Below are positions 26,351 through 41,023 of a DNA stretch of 64,000 nucleotides, in pieces. Numbering within the stretch: the stretch's first letter is position 1; every line of letters starts with the position of its first letter. The stretch covers positions 163,556,001 through 163,620,000 of the forward strand of contig NC_042998.1 of assembly GCF_006345805.1 (NCBI RefSeq). Reading direction: 5' to 3'. The DNA comes from Octopus sinensis (taxonomy: Eukaryota). Position numbers and translations under genes: made by a program. The notes beneath the pieces were generated by a model. That model did no database searches. It saw only the letters and a program-made list of their open reading frames with translations, and was not told the origin of the DNA.

Positions 26351-26412
26351 CACACACACATAAATATATGTTTGTGTTTGTCTGTGTGTATAAATGTATC
26401 TGTTTGTATAAA

Positions 26413-26450
<38 letters not shown>

Positions 26451-26973
26451 GTATATATACATGTATATGGTATATATACATGTATGTAGATATGTGTATA
26501 TATATATATATATATAAACTAATATATTATGTATGTATATATATATATTCGTTCTATATAATAATATATATATATGTAGTATATGTATGTCTGTATATTA
26601 TATATATATATTATGTATATATAATATATATATATATATATGTTGTAATATATAATATAATATATATATATATGTATGTAATATATTTATGTAGTATATC
26701 TATATATAGTTATGTATATATATATATATATGTATGTATATATATATATATATGTATGTATATATATATATATATGTATGTATATATATTATATGTATGT
26801 ATATATATATATATAAATGTATGTAATATATATGTATATATATATATATATGTATGTATATATATATATATATATTATATATATGTATATATATGTATAT
26901 CTATATATGTATGTAATATGTCTATATATATAGTATGTATATATATGTATATATATATCTATATCTATGTATG

Positions 26974-27006
<33 letters not shown>

Positions 27007-27109
27007 GTATATTCTCTACTCTGTATATTATATATATACATATATATATATATATACATCTATATATCCTATCCATATATATATATATAGTACCTCTCTA
27101 TATATTATG

Positions 27110-27140
<31 letters not shown>

Positions 27141-28197
27141 CTATATCTATCTGTATATATTATCTATATATATATGTATATATCTATTATCTATGTATAT
27201 ATATCTATAATATATGTATATTATCTATCTATATTATGTATATATCTATATATCTATATGTATCTCTATCTATATTCTCTTCTGTATCTATATATATATA
27301 GTATATATGTATATATATATATATGTATATATGTCTATATTTTATAATATATTATATCTATATATATATGTATATATATATATATATATATATACTCTTC
27401 CTGTATCTATCTATATATCTATATAGTATCTATATCTTATATATGCTATATATATATATAGTATATATCTATATATATATATATATATGTATATTATATA
27501 TATATATATATATATGTATGGATCTCTATATATATCTCTATGTATATATATATATATATATATGTCTATATATATATATATATATATGTTATATATCGTA
27601 TATATATATATGTATATATCTATATATCTATGTATCTATATCCTAATGTCTATATATCTCTATATATATGTATATATATATATTATATGTATCTATCTCT
27701 ATCTCGTCTATATGTCTAATATATATATTCTATCTATATTTCTATATATATATATAATATATAGTATCTATATGTCTATATATCTATATCATATTATATA
27801 TATCTCTATATCTATGTTCCTATATATCTCTATCTGGTATATGTATATCTATCATATAAGTATATATATGTATATATATATATATATCTATATATCTCTA
27901 TATTGTCTATATATATATCTATGTATATCTCTCTATATATCTATCTATCTATATATGTATATATATATGTTATATCTATCTATATATATATATACTGTAT
28001 ATATATATATTATATGTCTATCTATATATCTATCCTATATATGTATCTATATAATCTATATATATATATATATATCTATTCTGTATCCTCTATTATATCT
28101 CTGTATATATATATATATATATATACTTGTCTATAATATATGTTTATATATCTATATATATATATATGTTATATATCTATATATATATATGTCTATC

Positions 28198-28229
<32 letters not shown>
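26160..28229. repeat. About 2-kb degenerate (TA)n block with TATG/TATC variants
   Basis: Directly visible; abuts the 3' tail of the LINE. Confidence 0.95.
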
Positions 28230-28230
<1 letters not shown>

Positions 28231-31200
28231 GATTGATTGATTGATTGATTGATTCTAGTTTCAGCTTATGAGCTGTGGCCATGCTGGGGCACCGCCATTT
28301 GGTGTTGCTACTTGGTTTCACTTCATGGAGGCTTTCTAGCAACTGCTATTTGGTGCATGAGAGAGTTCGATGCAGCTGCCCTCATCTGCCCCTCCTGCCG
28401 TGAAGTTGGTTCATCTGGGACACCTGACAGGAAGAGATCCAGCTTCATTTTAAAGACATCTGTATCCACCCCATGCAGGTCTCTCAGGATCTTCGGGAGG
28501 ATATTGAAGAGCTGTGGGCCTCGGAAGCCCAGCTATCACAGAATCTTGTCCTACATCTTGATGGCAGGTTTGGAGTCCTAGGCACCACGCAGTGGCGCCC
28601 AGTTCTGGCATTTGCGTAACTCTCGATGCCAAAGTTCAGGACACTTCCCTCCAGGATCTTCCATGTATATTATGGCATATCTTTCCCGCCTACGCTCCAG
28701 GGAATATAATTTTAATCTCTTGAGTCTTTCCCAGTAGCTTACATTCTGCATAGAGGCTATCTTCTTTGTGTAGCTTCGTTGGGGTCGCCTCAAGTTCTGT
28801 GATCAACTTGACACTGGATGGTGACCATAGCTGAGAGCAATAGTCAAAGTGGCTTAGGACAAGTGTCTTCCAGAGGACCATCATGGTTTCTTGTTCTCTT
28901 GTTCTAAAGGTTCTAAGAATCCATCCAGCCAGCCGTCTACATTTCAGTGTCAGTTTAGCAACATGTACATGAAAGGTCGCGTCATCACTCATGTGAATAC
29001 CCAGGTCACGCACTAATTGTGCCTCTGGGATTGCAATCCCTCCGGGTCCAGTGTATTCATTGGGTATTGCATTCAGTTTTGCATGCTGATAGTATAAAGC
29101 TTGAAACTTTCCAGCATTGAACTGCATGCTATTCTTTCAGCCCACTTGTATATTTCGTCCAGCTCACATTGCAGGTGTTTAGTGTCCTCAGGGTTCTGTA
29201 TTGCCTGTGAAACTTTTGTATCATCTGCATAACTTGTGATCGTGGCTCTCTGCGTGGCTGAGGGCATGTCTGAGAGGGCCATTATGAACAGTAGTGGTCC
29301 CAGAACAGTGCCCTGCGGAACACCGCTCACTATTTGTTGTGTTAATGGAGTTGGCCCCATTGGCTACTACCACCTGACTTCTATCCTTCAGAAAGTCATG
29401 AAGCCATTCTCCCAGTTTTCCAACTATGTTGAGATCACGCAGTTTGTGACATATCATTCCATGATCGACTTTATCAAAGGCCTTTGCAAAGTCGAGATAT
29501 ATCACTTCACATTTGAGTGGTTGAGCAGCCGTTTCAGCACCCAGTCATAGTGTTGTAGGAGCTGAGTTAAACAGCTTCTCCCTGGTCGGAAACCATGTTG
29601 GGTGTCGGGCAGCAAGTCATTCTCTTCAAGGAAGGTGATCAGCTTCCTTCTGACTATTCGTTCCATGACCTTGCTGATGTGTGAGGTCAGAGAGATAGGT
29701 CTATAGTTCTTGGCTTCCGCTCTGCTACCTCCTTATGAATGGGGCATATTTTACCTTCCTTCAGTTTTCCTGGAAGTTTGCCAGCTGCAAGGAAGCTCTG
29801 AAGAGGAACTGCAGTGGTCTTGCTAGGACTCTCTTACATGCTTTTAGGAGGATTGCCGGGAATCCATCGGGGCCAGTAGCTGAGTCTGTTTTCATTTCAT
29901 CTATAGCCTTGGTTACATCTTCTTCCTTTATATCGATGTAATCTATCATCGCCGCCTCTGATTTTATATCTGCAGTGTTAAAAAAGTCAGTTGGATTGGT
30001 GATTTGGAGATGCCCAAGGGGTGGAGTGAAAACACTCTTGAATTGCTCATTCAGTATTTCACTTACCCTCATTGGTTTTCCTGTAAGTGTGCCATCCTTT
30101 TCGAGGAGTGGCCCTATTCTACAGTGCACTGTAGCTGTTTCTTTGGCATACCTGTAGAAAGCTCTGGGGTTAGATTTTATGTTTCTCTATAGCCAGGCTT
30201 CTCTGTCTGCTCTTCTTTTTCATGGGAGAGTTGCAGACATTTTTCGATTTCCAACAGTTTTATTTTTAGGCGGGACTTTTCACTGCTTTCAATCTGTTTG
30301 TTTAGGCGATTTGAAAATTTCGTACGCCGTCTCATTAAAATTTTCCTCTCTCTGGGGATTTTGTTCTTGTGTACAGTGGCCTTTCTCTCTGGGACACATT
30401 TGTAGCATATGGCTTGCATTACAGACATGAATTGTTGAAGTTTCACGTCGATGTCTGGCGAGGAGAGACATTTAGGCCAGTTTTGTTTGAGGATCTCTTT
30501 CTCAATTTGTTTCCAGTTTGCCTTATGGTAGTTCAAGCTGGAAAGATTTTGAGGGTTCTTGTAGGCTGCATGTCCGTGCTCTCTTTTGGCCCGTACATGG
30601 TCAGCTCTATCATGTTGTGATCCGAGAGTAGTGTCGGTGTCACTTTCACATTATGGATGAGATCCATGTCATTTGTGAAGCAGAGATCCAGTGTGTTTCC
30701 TGCCCTGGTTGGTTGGAGTATTACCTGCTCCATGTACAGGGTGTTGATGAGGTTCAGGAGGGACCTCGCCTGTCCTCGTTCACATCTTGTCATTCCTGGG
30801 AGAGAAAGGCCCTCGGGCCATCTGACATTGGGCAGATTGAAGTCTCCCATAAGAAGCACACCTATGTGTTGTTCTAATGTGGTTAGAATTTCTTCTTTTT
30901 TATAAGGCAGTCTTCAAACTTGCCCACATGGCTTGGGGCATCTGGAGGGCGATATGTAGCACACACAACTACATCAAGTTGCCTGATATGTACAATTGTG
31001 TGTCCACACCGAGTTTGAGTATGACAAGAGGACCTGGGGTGTGAGTCCTCACGGATGTACATAGCAACACCTCCATGACTCCTTTCTTTCCTGTCGGTCC
31101 GTAGTACAGCATACTGTGGTATGTGTAACTCCGCATCTGCTATGTCCGGTTTCAGGTGCGTTTCTGTAAGTGCTATGCATAAGGCTTGATTGCATGCAAC

Positions 31201-31922
31201 AAAGTCTCTCAGGAACGGGATCTTTGTCCTGTTACTGAGTGTTTGCAGTCCTCTGATGTTCAGTAGGAGTATCGAGGTGAGTGTACGTTTTTGCCGGCGG
31301 TGTCCATCCTGTGTCTGTTTGCTGTGGTGGTCTGGTATATAGTGGGTAGTCCCACCTGCGGGCTTGGGTTTGATGAAGCCAGGTCAGCTGCTGTACAATC
31401 TTTTGTGCCATGCACAAAAAGATTGTTGCTCAGCAGCTGCTCTTTTGACAACATCATGTTGGCTGTTTGTGGCGCGCACAACATCTGCGTACCTCCGCTT
31501 TGGGGCAGTTGGTGCGTGGTCCATCCTTTTCTTTGTGTTGATGGTTTGTCCATCTGCCTCGTTTCTCTGTGGCAGGGTCCCCCGATGTGCAAAGCGGCAG
31601 CCTGCACCTTCCTTTCCATGCCAGCAGGAACCTCTCAGGTAGAACATACACACCCGTGTGCGCTGTTTGGTTCCATCCTTTGCGTTCCCTTCTATTTCTG
31701 GTTGTTTCACTCTTTGGTCCTGCTTGAGCTTTTTCTTTTCCTTTAGCTCTTCCAGTCCTTCTTTTAGTTCTTCTTCCTCCCTCTACCTCTTCACCGGGTT
31801 CTCCGTCTCCATGGCCCTTGCTGCGGTTGGAGAACTTGCACCTGGGTTCACTTCCCGGGCAGGTTTCTCATTCAAACCCTCCTCCCGGGCGTCCACCAGG
31901 TGGGGGTGACTTCTTTCATCGT
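28230..31922 (-). mobile_element. CR1/L2-group LINE, about 3.7 kb: CCCH-finger ORF1 plus APE-RT ORF2, frameshifted
   Basis: APE motifs LLLNIRGL, IALTETHL, TYRPP, LLMGDFNLP, NTLDLCFTN and SDHNMI. RT motifs YLDFAKAFDKVDH, SGVPQGTVLGPLLF, YADDTK and RDLGI. (ATCA)n tail at 28230-28254. Confidence 0.93.
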
Positions 31923-31927
31923 CTAAA

Positions 31928-31984
<57 letters not shown>

Positions 31985-32072
31985 TATATATTATATATGT
32001 ATATATATATGATGATATATAATATGTAATTATATATGTATATATATATATATATATGTGTATATATATTAG

Positions 32073-32104
<32 letters not shown>

Positions 32105-32276
32105 GTGTAATATATATATTATATATATATGTATATTATATATATATATATAGTATATATATATGTATATATATGTATATATATATATGTATATATATAT
32201 ATGTATATATATATATCTATATATATATAATGTATATATATATATATATGTATATATATATTATATATGTATATAT

Positions 32277-32307
<31 letters not shown>

Positions 32308-32325
32308 GTAATATATATCTATATG

Positions 32326-32359
<34 letters not shown>

Positions 32360-32381
32360 TATGTATATATCTATATATATG

Positions 32382-32451
<70 letters not shown>

Positions 32452-32535
32452 ATATATGTATATATATATCTATATATGTATATATGATATATATGTATAT
32501 ATCTATAATATATATATGTATATATATATATATAT

Positions 32536-32591
<56 letters not shown>

Positions 32592-32797
32592 TATTATATT
32601 TATATATATAATATATGATATTATATATCTTTATAATATATATAATGTTATATATATATATATATGTATATATATGTATAATTATATATATGTATATATA
32701 TATATATGTATATATATGATATATATATGTATATATATATGTATATATATATATGTAGTATATATATATATATTTAATGCCATATATATATTGTATG

Positions 32798-32830
<33 letters not shown>

Positions 32831-32863
32831 ATGTATATATTATAATATGTATATATATATATG

Positions 32864-32894
<31 letters not shown>

Positions 32895-33033
32895 GTATAT
32901 GCATATATATATATGTATATATATATGTAATATTATATATATATTATATATATATGTATATATATATATAATATATATATATATGTATAATATATATATT
33001 GTATAATATATATGAATATATATATATATAATG

Positions 33034-33065
<32 letters not shown>

Positions 33066-34487
33066 AATGTATGTATATATATATATATATGTGTATATAT
33101 ATATATATATATGTGTATATATATATGTATTATATATATATATATCTGTATATATATGTATATATATTGTATATATATGTATATATATATGTCTATATAT
33201 ATATATATATATGTATATATTGTATAATATATATGTATATATATGTATAGATATATGTATATATATGTATATATATGTATATATATATATATATATCTAT
33301 GTATATATTATATATATATATTCTATATATATGTATATATATATGTATATATCTGTATCTATGTATCTATATTTATGTAGTATATCTATCGTATATATAT
33401 ATATATCTATCTATATATTCCGTTGGTATATATTATTATATGTCTGTATATATATATATATATTATATGTATATATATATATATGTGATATAGTCTATAT
33501 ATTATTTGTCTATATATAATATATGTATGGATATATAATATATAATGTATATATAGATATATGTATGATATATATATATATATGTAATGTAGATATATAT
33601 ATATATATTTATGTATATAATATATATCCATATATGTATGTCATATTATATATATACATATATTATGTATATATATATAAGATATACATATATTATGTAT
33701 ATATATAAATATATATACATATATGTATGTATATATATATATATATATACATATATGTATGTATATATAATATATATACATATATGTATGTATATATATA
33801 TATATATATCATATATGTATGTATTATATATAGATATATATACATATATGTATGTATATATAATATATATATATACATATATGTATGTATATATCATATA
33901 ATAATATATACATATATGTATGTATATAGATATATATATAACATATGTTATGTATCTATATATATATATATATACATATATGTATGTATATATATATATG
34001 TCTGTATTATATATATATATGTATGTATAAATATATGTATGTATATATATATGTATGTATAATATATGTATGTATATATATATAATATGTTGTATTATAT
34101 ATATGTATGTATGTACTATATTAATATGTATGTATATATATATATATGTATGTATATATATATATATGTATTATATATATATATATGTATGTATGTATAT
34201 ATATATGTATGTATATTATATAATATGTATGTTATATATATAAGTTGTATGTATATATATATATATGTATGTATATATATAATAGTATGTATATATATAT
34301 ATATGTATGTATATATATATATATATGTATGTTATATATATATATATATTGTATGTATATATATATATATGTATATATGATATGTTATGTATATATATGT
34401 ATATGGTATGTATATATATATGTATATGTAGTAAATATATATGTATATGTATGTATATATATATGTAATGTATGTATATATATATGT

Positions 34488-34530
<43 letters not shown>

Positions 34531-34605
34531 ATAATATATGCATGTATATATGTGCATATACATATATGTGTGTATGTTATATTTATGCATACACACACTC
34601 GTGTG

Positions 34606-34660
<55 letters not shown>
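31923..34660. repeat. About 2.7-kb degenerate (TA)n/(TATG)n block
   Basis: Directly visible; abuts the 5' end of the LINE. Confidence 0.95.
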
Positions 34661-34661
<1 letters not shown>

Positions 34662-35463
34662 TACCAGATTTATCAGATTACAGATGAAGGGATAATATAA
34701 AATTGTGTGGCAGTCTAGCTTTCTGAAGCAGCTTTGGTGAAGTGTTGTATCTATGACCAAGAATTGAAACTGGCTTGCATGCAAACTCGTAATATATTAT
34801 ATTGACAGATAATAGTATCAATCCAAACAGCTGGACCACAACAAAATACACTAATCCACTGTTTGCGGATAAAACAAACAATTATATCATGGGAAAAGAC
34901 AACACAAATCAAACAGAAGCTATGTTTCTTATATATGCTTGTATTGCTTTTTAACTTAGTGTCTGGATGTCTTAGAGTAAAGAACATCATTTTTCCTGAA
35001 ATATGATTAGGATCTTCTGTTTCTACAGAGTATATTCTAGTGTAAATTGCAACAGTTGGAGTTTGCTGGCATTTAGTTGTTGTTGTTATTATTTTCTCTT
35101 TGTTTGTTTTGAGTAGATTGTTCTTGTTTAAGAACAATAGTGAAGAAAATACCTAGTCCGTGACTCTTTGACTAGAATTGTAGTTGCTTTTGATCCATCC
35201 TGTGTATTCGATGAGAATGTCCTTGTTGTCTCAAGAAAATATTATAAGGAAAATATATACGCGGGCGGGGGGGGAAAAAGTCTTTGAGTATCACTCGGCC
35301 TGGAAGCTGTTCGATAACCGGAAAGCAGTCCGTTTTTAATAGTTATCACATTGAAAACATTTCTTCGCTTCAAATCCCTCTTAAATATTCATAAGTTCTT
35401 CATTCATTGTGTGTTCTCGACACACACAGAAAGGAGAAAGAAGGAAGGAAGATAAAAAATTGT

Positions 35464-35500
<37 letters not shown>

Positions 35501-35659
35501 AATATATAAAAAAATATGGAAGCAAGATTGGACAGGAAAATGGTAAGGAAAATAAATATAAAAAAATGTTTCTGTTTATGTTGCTCATGAAGTAAATATC
35601 AACTGTCTCATCTTTTACTGTTAAGTTTGAGTTTTACATTTTTCTTGCATTATTGTCAC

Positions 35660-35662
35660 CTA

Positions 35663-35730
<68 letters not shown>

Positions 35731-35900
35731 TTATTAATAGTTTTTATCATTACTATCATCATCGTTATCATTATTATTATTATTAATTTATTATGATTTT
35801 TATTATATTTATTAGTAGCACTTTATTATTGTTATTCTTGTTATCATCTTTGTTATCATAGTGATTATTTTTGTTATTATCGCCATCACCACCATCATGA
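35660..35900. repeat. (TTA)n/(ATC)n trinucleotide microsatellites (also 40740-40830 and 40950-41055)
   Basis: Directly visible. Confidence 0.9.
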
Positions 35901-37629
35901 TCATCATCGTTACTGTTATCATTTTTGATCACACATTTTTTATTCTTTTTCCTTTGTTTTTTTTTTTGGTCTTTTTTTCCCCTCCTTATTCTTTTGATTG
36001 TACAAGCTATTTGTACTGATTCCTTGGTCAACAGTTAAAACAGCTTCCTTGACGATGCTGTAGAGATTATGTGACTTAGATCTAAAGTCTGTCAGAACAT
36101 CAGGAATATCTGTGTAATCTAACTCTTACCAAAGACATTCTGTCTCGGACTACGGACATTAAAAATAAACAGCTTACCATTTTGTCTTCATATTAGCAGA
36201 GTGGTTAAGGGGGAGGGGAGGGGAAAATGGGGTGGGGGTGAGGTGGGGGGGGGCAGGGTGCAGATGAATGGAAAGGAACATAATAGAAATATAAAAGCTT
36301 AAAAAGACATTTGCTACAGTGTGTACTGTCTGGAGAATAATCATCATCACCAGCACCACCATCATCACTGTCATCATCATCATCATCGCCGTCATCATCG
36401 TCATCGTCATTTCTTGCTGTTTTTCTCTTAGTCATTGTTATATAAAGCTAGCTGCTGCTTGTGGCGGGATTGAGATCTAAACTGCAAAAAATGTAGTAGT
36501 AATAATAATAATAATAACAGTAATGATAAAAGTAATAGCAGTTGTCATAATAACAATGATAATGATAACGATGATGATGATGTTTAAACAAGATATACTG
36601 GAAGGCAAACACAAACAAAAATAAGAAAAAAATGAAGCAAATGACAAAACCTGTTAAAACCTTGGAACGTGTTAATTCTCTTGCTATGATGCATAAAGAA
36701 AAAGTTCCTTGTGTTTGCTATTCTTTTTCTGCTGAAGTCTTTGAATGGGACAACACAGTGAAATACTGTTTGAATTAACTTGACAAATTAGCACCTAACT
36801 GGTAATCTGATTAGCTTAATAAGTTTTTTTTTTTTTTTTTTGTCTTAGAAATTGGTTCAGGTTAGCTGGTTGTAGACAGCATTTATGAGGATGTTGTACA
36901 TATAGTGTAGCAGAATTTTGTGCAACAACAATAATAACAATAGTAATAATTAGAAACTGACAAAGGAGTCCCTGTATGGACACTCAGTCTGCTGGAAATA
37001 GTGGCAAGACGCTCTCACAAATCACTCTATACTGTCTTCTATTTTATCTTTTTACTTGTTTCAGTCATTAGATTGTGGCTATACTGGGGCACTGCCTTGA
37101 AGAATTTTTAGTTGATTGGTTTATATGGCTGGATGCCCTTCCTAATACCAACCCCTCCACAGAGTGTACAGAGTGCTTTTTATGTGGTGCCAGAACCAGT
37201 ATCAATTCTGATGTAGAAGATATATATATATATATATCATCATTAACATCATCATCATCACTTAATATCCATTGTCTTTGCCGGCATGGATTGGATAGAT
37301 TGATTGGGCTGGCATGCCAGAAGGTTGCACCAGACTCCACTCTGAGAGTCTAATGGGTGCTTTTACCTGCCACCAGTACGGGTGCCATTTGCATGACACT
37401 GGAGTGCATTTACATGCCAATTTGCGTGACACCGGTATCTGCCACAATTGCGATTTTGCTCAGCTTGATAGAATCTGTAATCTCCTTTCTGTCAACACCT
37501 CAAATGTAACATACTTGCCTGAAGATGGAGGCTTATCCTTACATAACTTGCTTATCCTTACATTTACTCCTCTGTCCCTCTCTCTCTCTCTCTTTCTATC
37601 TCTATATATATATGTGTGTGTGTGTATAG

Positions 37630-37900
37630 TGAAGGCGCATGGCTTAGTGGTTAAAGTGCTGCACTCTTGACTGTGAGATCGTTGGTTCAATTCCCAGACC
37701 GGGCATTGCATTGGGTTCTTGAGCAAAGCACTTTATTTCACATTGCTCTGTGATCATTTCAACATCTGACATGTGGCACCCATTGCACCTGTACAGGTAA
37801 TGTCAATCTGATGGAGGGAGTGAGCAGATGTCTGTGCAAAAATTTGATCACTATAAACAAATCATTTGTCTGGTTATTCAGTAAGAAATTGTCAAACCCT
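37630..37900 (+). mobile_element. tRNA-derived SINE (family C-related)
   Basis: A box tggcttagtgg and B box ggttcaattccc, followed by a non-tRNA body with ttcttgagcaaagcactttatttcac. Confidence 0.65.
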
Positions 37901-38554
37901 CATACATCATCCAGCAACAGTAGAGTCCATCATATATATACATATATGTGTGTGTGTGTGTATACACACGCACATACATATATGTTAGAAATTGCCGTCA
38001 AACACTCAAACCTCTCACTATCATCTAAAACAAAATCACATTAGATAAGGTAAAAATATTTCTGAAAATCAGTCAGGATAGTCAGAGCTTGAATGCCTTT
38101 GGTAACAGTGGTGGTGGTAGTGGTGGTGGCAACGGCAGCGGTGTCTCTGCTTGATTAGAACTGATCTGGGGCTAAACACAACAATGAGGGGAACTTCTTT
38201 TGTTGACACTCTGAGGAGATAAATAGCAAAAACAAGCCCCCGCCCCCATTGAGATCTATCTGTAAGTATAGAGGGACGAAACTAAATACTGTGGGACACT
38301 TAGTCGGTGTTCTGCCAATTATGGTGTCTCACCATGGTAATAATAGCAATCATAATCAAGATTTTCTAAATGTGTATTATTTAATCAGCTCCAGTATTCG
38401 AATGTTGCTTATTTTATCAGTCCCTAGGAGACAAACCCCCTAGCAATGTCAACACTGGTAGGATGAAATGGGATGCAAGTAATTACTGCGAAACACTTTC
38501 TCTAGTGATCAACTGATTCTGCTTTTCTTGTTACCTTAATGGGAGTGATGAGGA

Positions 38555-38594
<40 letters not shown>

Positions 38595-38611
38595 ATTATT
38601 ATTATTATTTA

Positions 38612-39103
38612 GGTGGCAAGCTGGCAGGATCGTTTGCATGTCGGGCAAAATGCTTAGCAGCATTTTGTCTGTCCTTACATCCTGAGTTCAAATTCCATTG
38701 CGGTTGATGTTGCTTTTTCATCTTTTCGGGGTTGATAAATTAAGTACCAGTGAAACACTGGGGTCAATGTAATCAACTAGTCCCCTTCCACCAAATTTGA
38801 GGCCTTATGCCTCCAGTAGAAAGGATTATTATTATTATTTAGGCGATGAGCTGGCAGAATCATTAGCACACTGGGAAAAATGCTTAGAGGCACTTCATTT
38901 GTCCTTACGTTCTGAGTTCAAATCCCACTGAGGTCAACTTTGCCTTTCACCCTTTCATGGTTGATAAATTAAGTACCAGTTGAGCACTGGGGTCGATAAA
39001 TTAAGTACCAGTCAAGCATTGGTGTCGAAGTAGTCGACTAGTTCCCTACCCCAAAATTTCAGGCCTTGTGCCTATAGCAGAAAGGATTATTATTATTATT
39101 ATT
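38612..39103 (+). mobile_element. Two head-to-tail family B SINEs in a (TTA)n tract
   Basis: Heads at 38612 and 38842, each ending gaaaggattattatt; the second has an internal repeat of gataaattaagtaccagt. Confidence 0.85.
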
Positions 39104-40795
39104 ACAACCACTAGGCCATGTGCCTCCACCAAAGCTTTGTGAGTGAATTTGAGTGATAGAATATATATGCTTATGCGTGTATATCTTTGTGTTTCTATTT
39201 GTTCCACAGCCCACTGTTTGACAACTGGTGTTGGTTTATTAACATCCGTGTATGTTTTTGTGCATCCCTGTCTAGACATCACATGACAGTTGTAAATGAG
39301 CATCATTGCCATATATGCGATATTATTCTTTGCCTGTCTTCTGTAAAAAACATGTTTGGTCTTTTGGAAATATTACCTTGCTTGGAAAGAGGTGAGGGTT
39401 GGTGACAGGAAGAGCATCGGGCTGTAGAATATCTACCTCAGTAAATTCTACCTGACCCCTGCAAGTATGAAAAAAAAACCCCATTAAATGATGATGATGA
39501 TGATAAATATCTGTGTCATATTTATCACGATGATGATCATGATAAATATCCATGGCTGTACTCTCCTGGACAAACTTCTCTAAAATCTGAATACAGATTG
39601 AATTCTGAAATTTTATTTATATAGACCTTCCTTGCATGCATATATTCTGATTTTACACATGATTTCTTGCTCTTGTAAAAACATTAACGATTTAGTTATT
39701 TTGTTTTTTTTACAAAAATAACCTGCATGTTATTTTATACTTATATGTGACAGCACACTCCTTTTACTTGGTTATATATCATATGAGATGTGTGATGGTA
39801 AATGTGTAATGTGCATATGTGTATGTATATGTAATATATATATATGGACATTAAATGATGATGATGATGATGACATATGTATATATGTTTACACTTCACA
39901 TACATACACAAATGCTATACATGTGTATATAAATGTATGTAGATATATGCTTTACAACATACATGTAGAAATACTATGTGTGTGTGTGTGTTTTCATTTA
40001 CACACACTTTGATGGAACACCTCAGTTACATGTAACTATTGGCACATGTACATATGTGTGTGTATTAATGTTTATGTATGTACCACTCACACATAAATAT
40101 ACATACATATAAAGTGTCCCTCACAGAAATGCCCATACATATAATTTTTACATATATGTATATGAGTATATGATGATTTGGAGTGGGTGTGTATATATAT
40201 ATGTGTATATATATAATATATATATATATATATATGTGTGTGTGTATATATATATCTGATGTTGAGGGCTTAAATCATAGGAAGAATATAAACAGCTGAG
40301 AAGGCTAAGGAAGGGAGGTGGATAGGTAGTGGAATACCCCCCCCCCCCGCCTAATCTCATACATATGCATGCACACACATACACACCGGCTCACTTCTTC
40401 GATATACACTGTCAGCAGAAATGCCTCCCCAGATAAGTAAATCTCACACACTGCCCTGCTAACAGTTTTGGAGTGGGGAAAGTATCATAATAAAACAAAA
40501 AAAGGGGGAAAAAAAAACCCACAAAAAATGTGAGAGGCCATATATTAAATACTAAAACAATTGTAAAACAGTGATTAATAATTTTTTTAAATGATTTGTT
40601 TTTTAATTTTATTAGTCTTGTTCACACGCAAAACCCTCACAACTACACACACTCACACACATACACATACACATTTTTTGTTTTTGTCCTGTGCTGTCCA
40701 TAATGTTTTTCTTCGTGTAAACCCTTGCGGTTAATAAAGAAATCATCATCATCATTATCATCATTATTATTATTACGATGATTATTATTATGATG

Positions 40796-40828
<33 letters not shown>

Positions 40829-40981
40829 TAGTTTTATTTTTATAGCGTGCTTTCACTTCACTACCGAGCACAGCTCTGTGTGCCTTGGGTATGTGCTGTG
40901 ATTTGTTGTGATGCTCTGATGGTTATTGTATGGAAAGTGTTCTGCGTGTTCTTATTATTATTATTATCATTATCATTATTA

Positions 40982-41023
<42 letters not shown>

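Noticed and set aside
26090-34784. Many long Y/I/M/C/V-rich ORFs (e.g. 403 aa at 26090-27301; also near 19.4-19.8, 47-48 and 55.4-56 kb)
   Set aside because: Translations of (TA)n/(TG)n/(ATGT)n microsatellites, open in several frames at once.
34810-34965. Open stretch after ttgacag as an alternative terminal exon
   Set aside because: Weak polypyrimidine tract, no similarity to centlein, short.
37630-37705. tRNA genes at SINE heads (also 8684, 51484 and 38612)
   Set aside because: A/B boxes are present but there is no complete cloverleaf, and each continues into a repeated SINE body.
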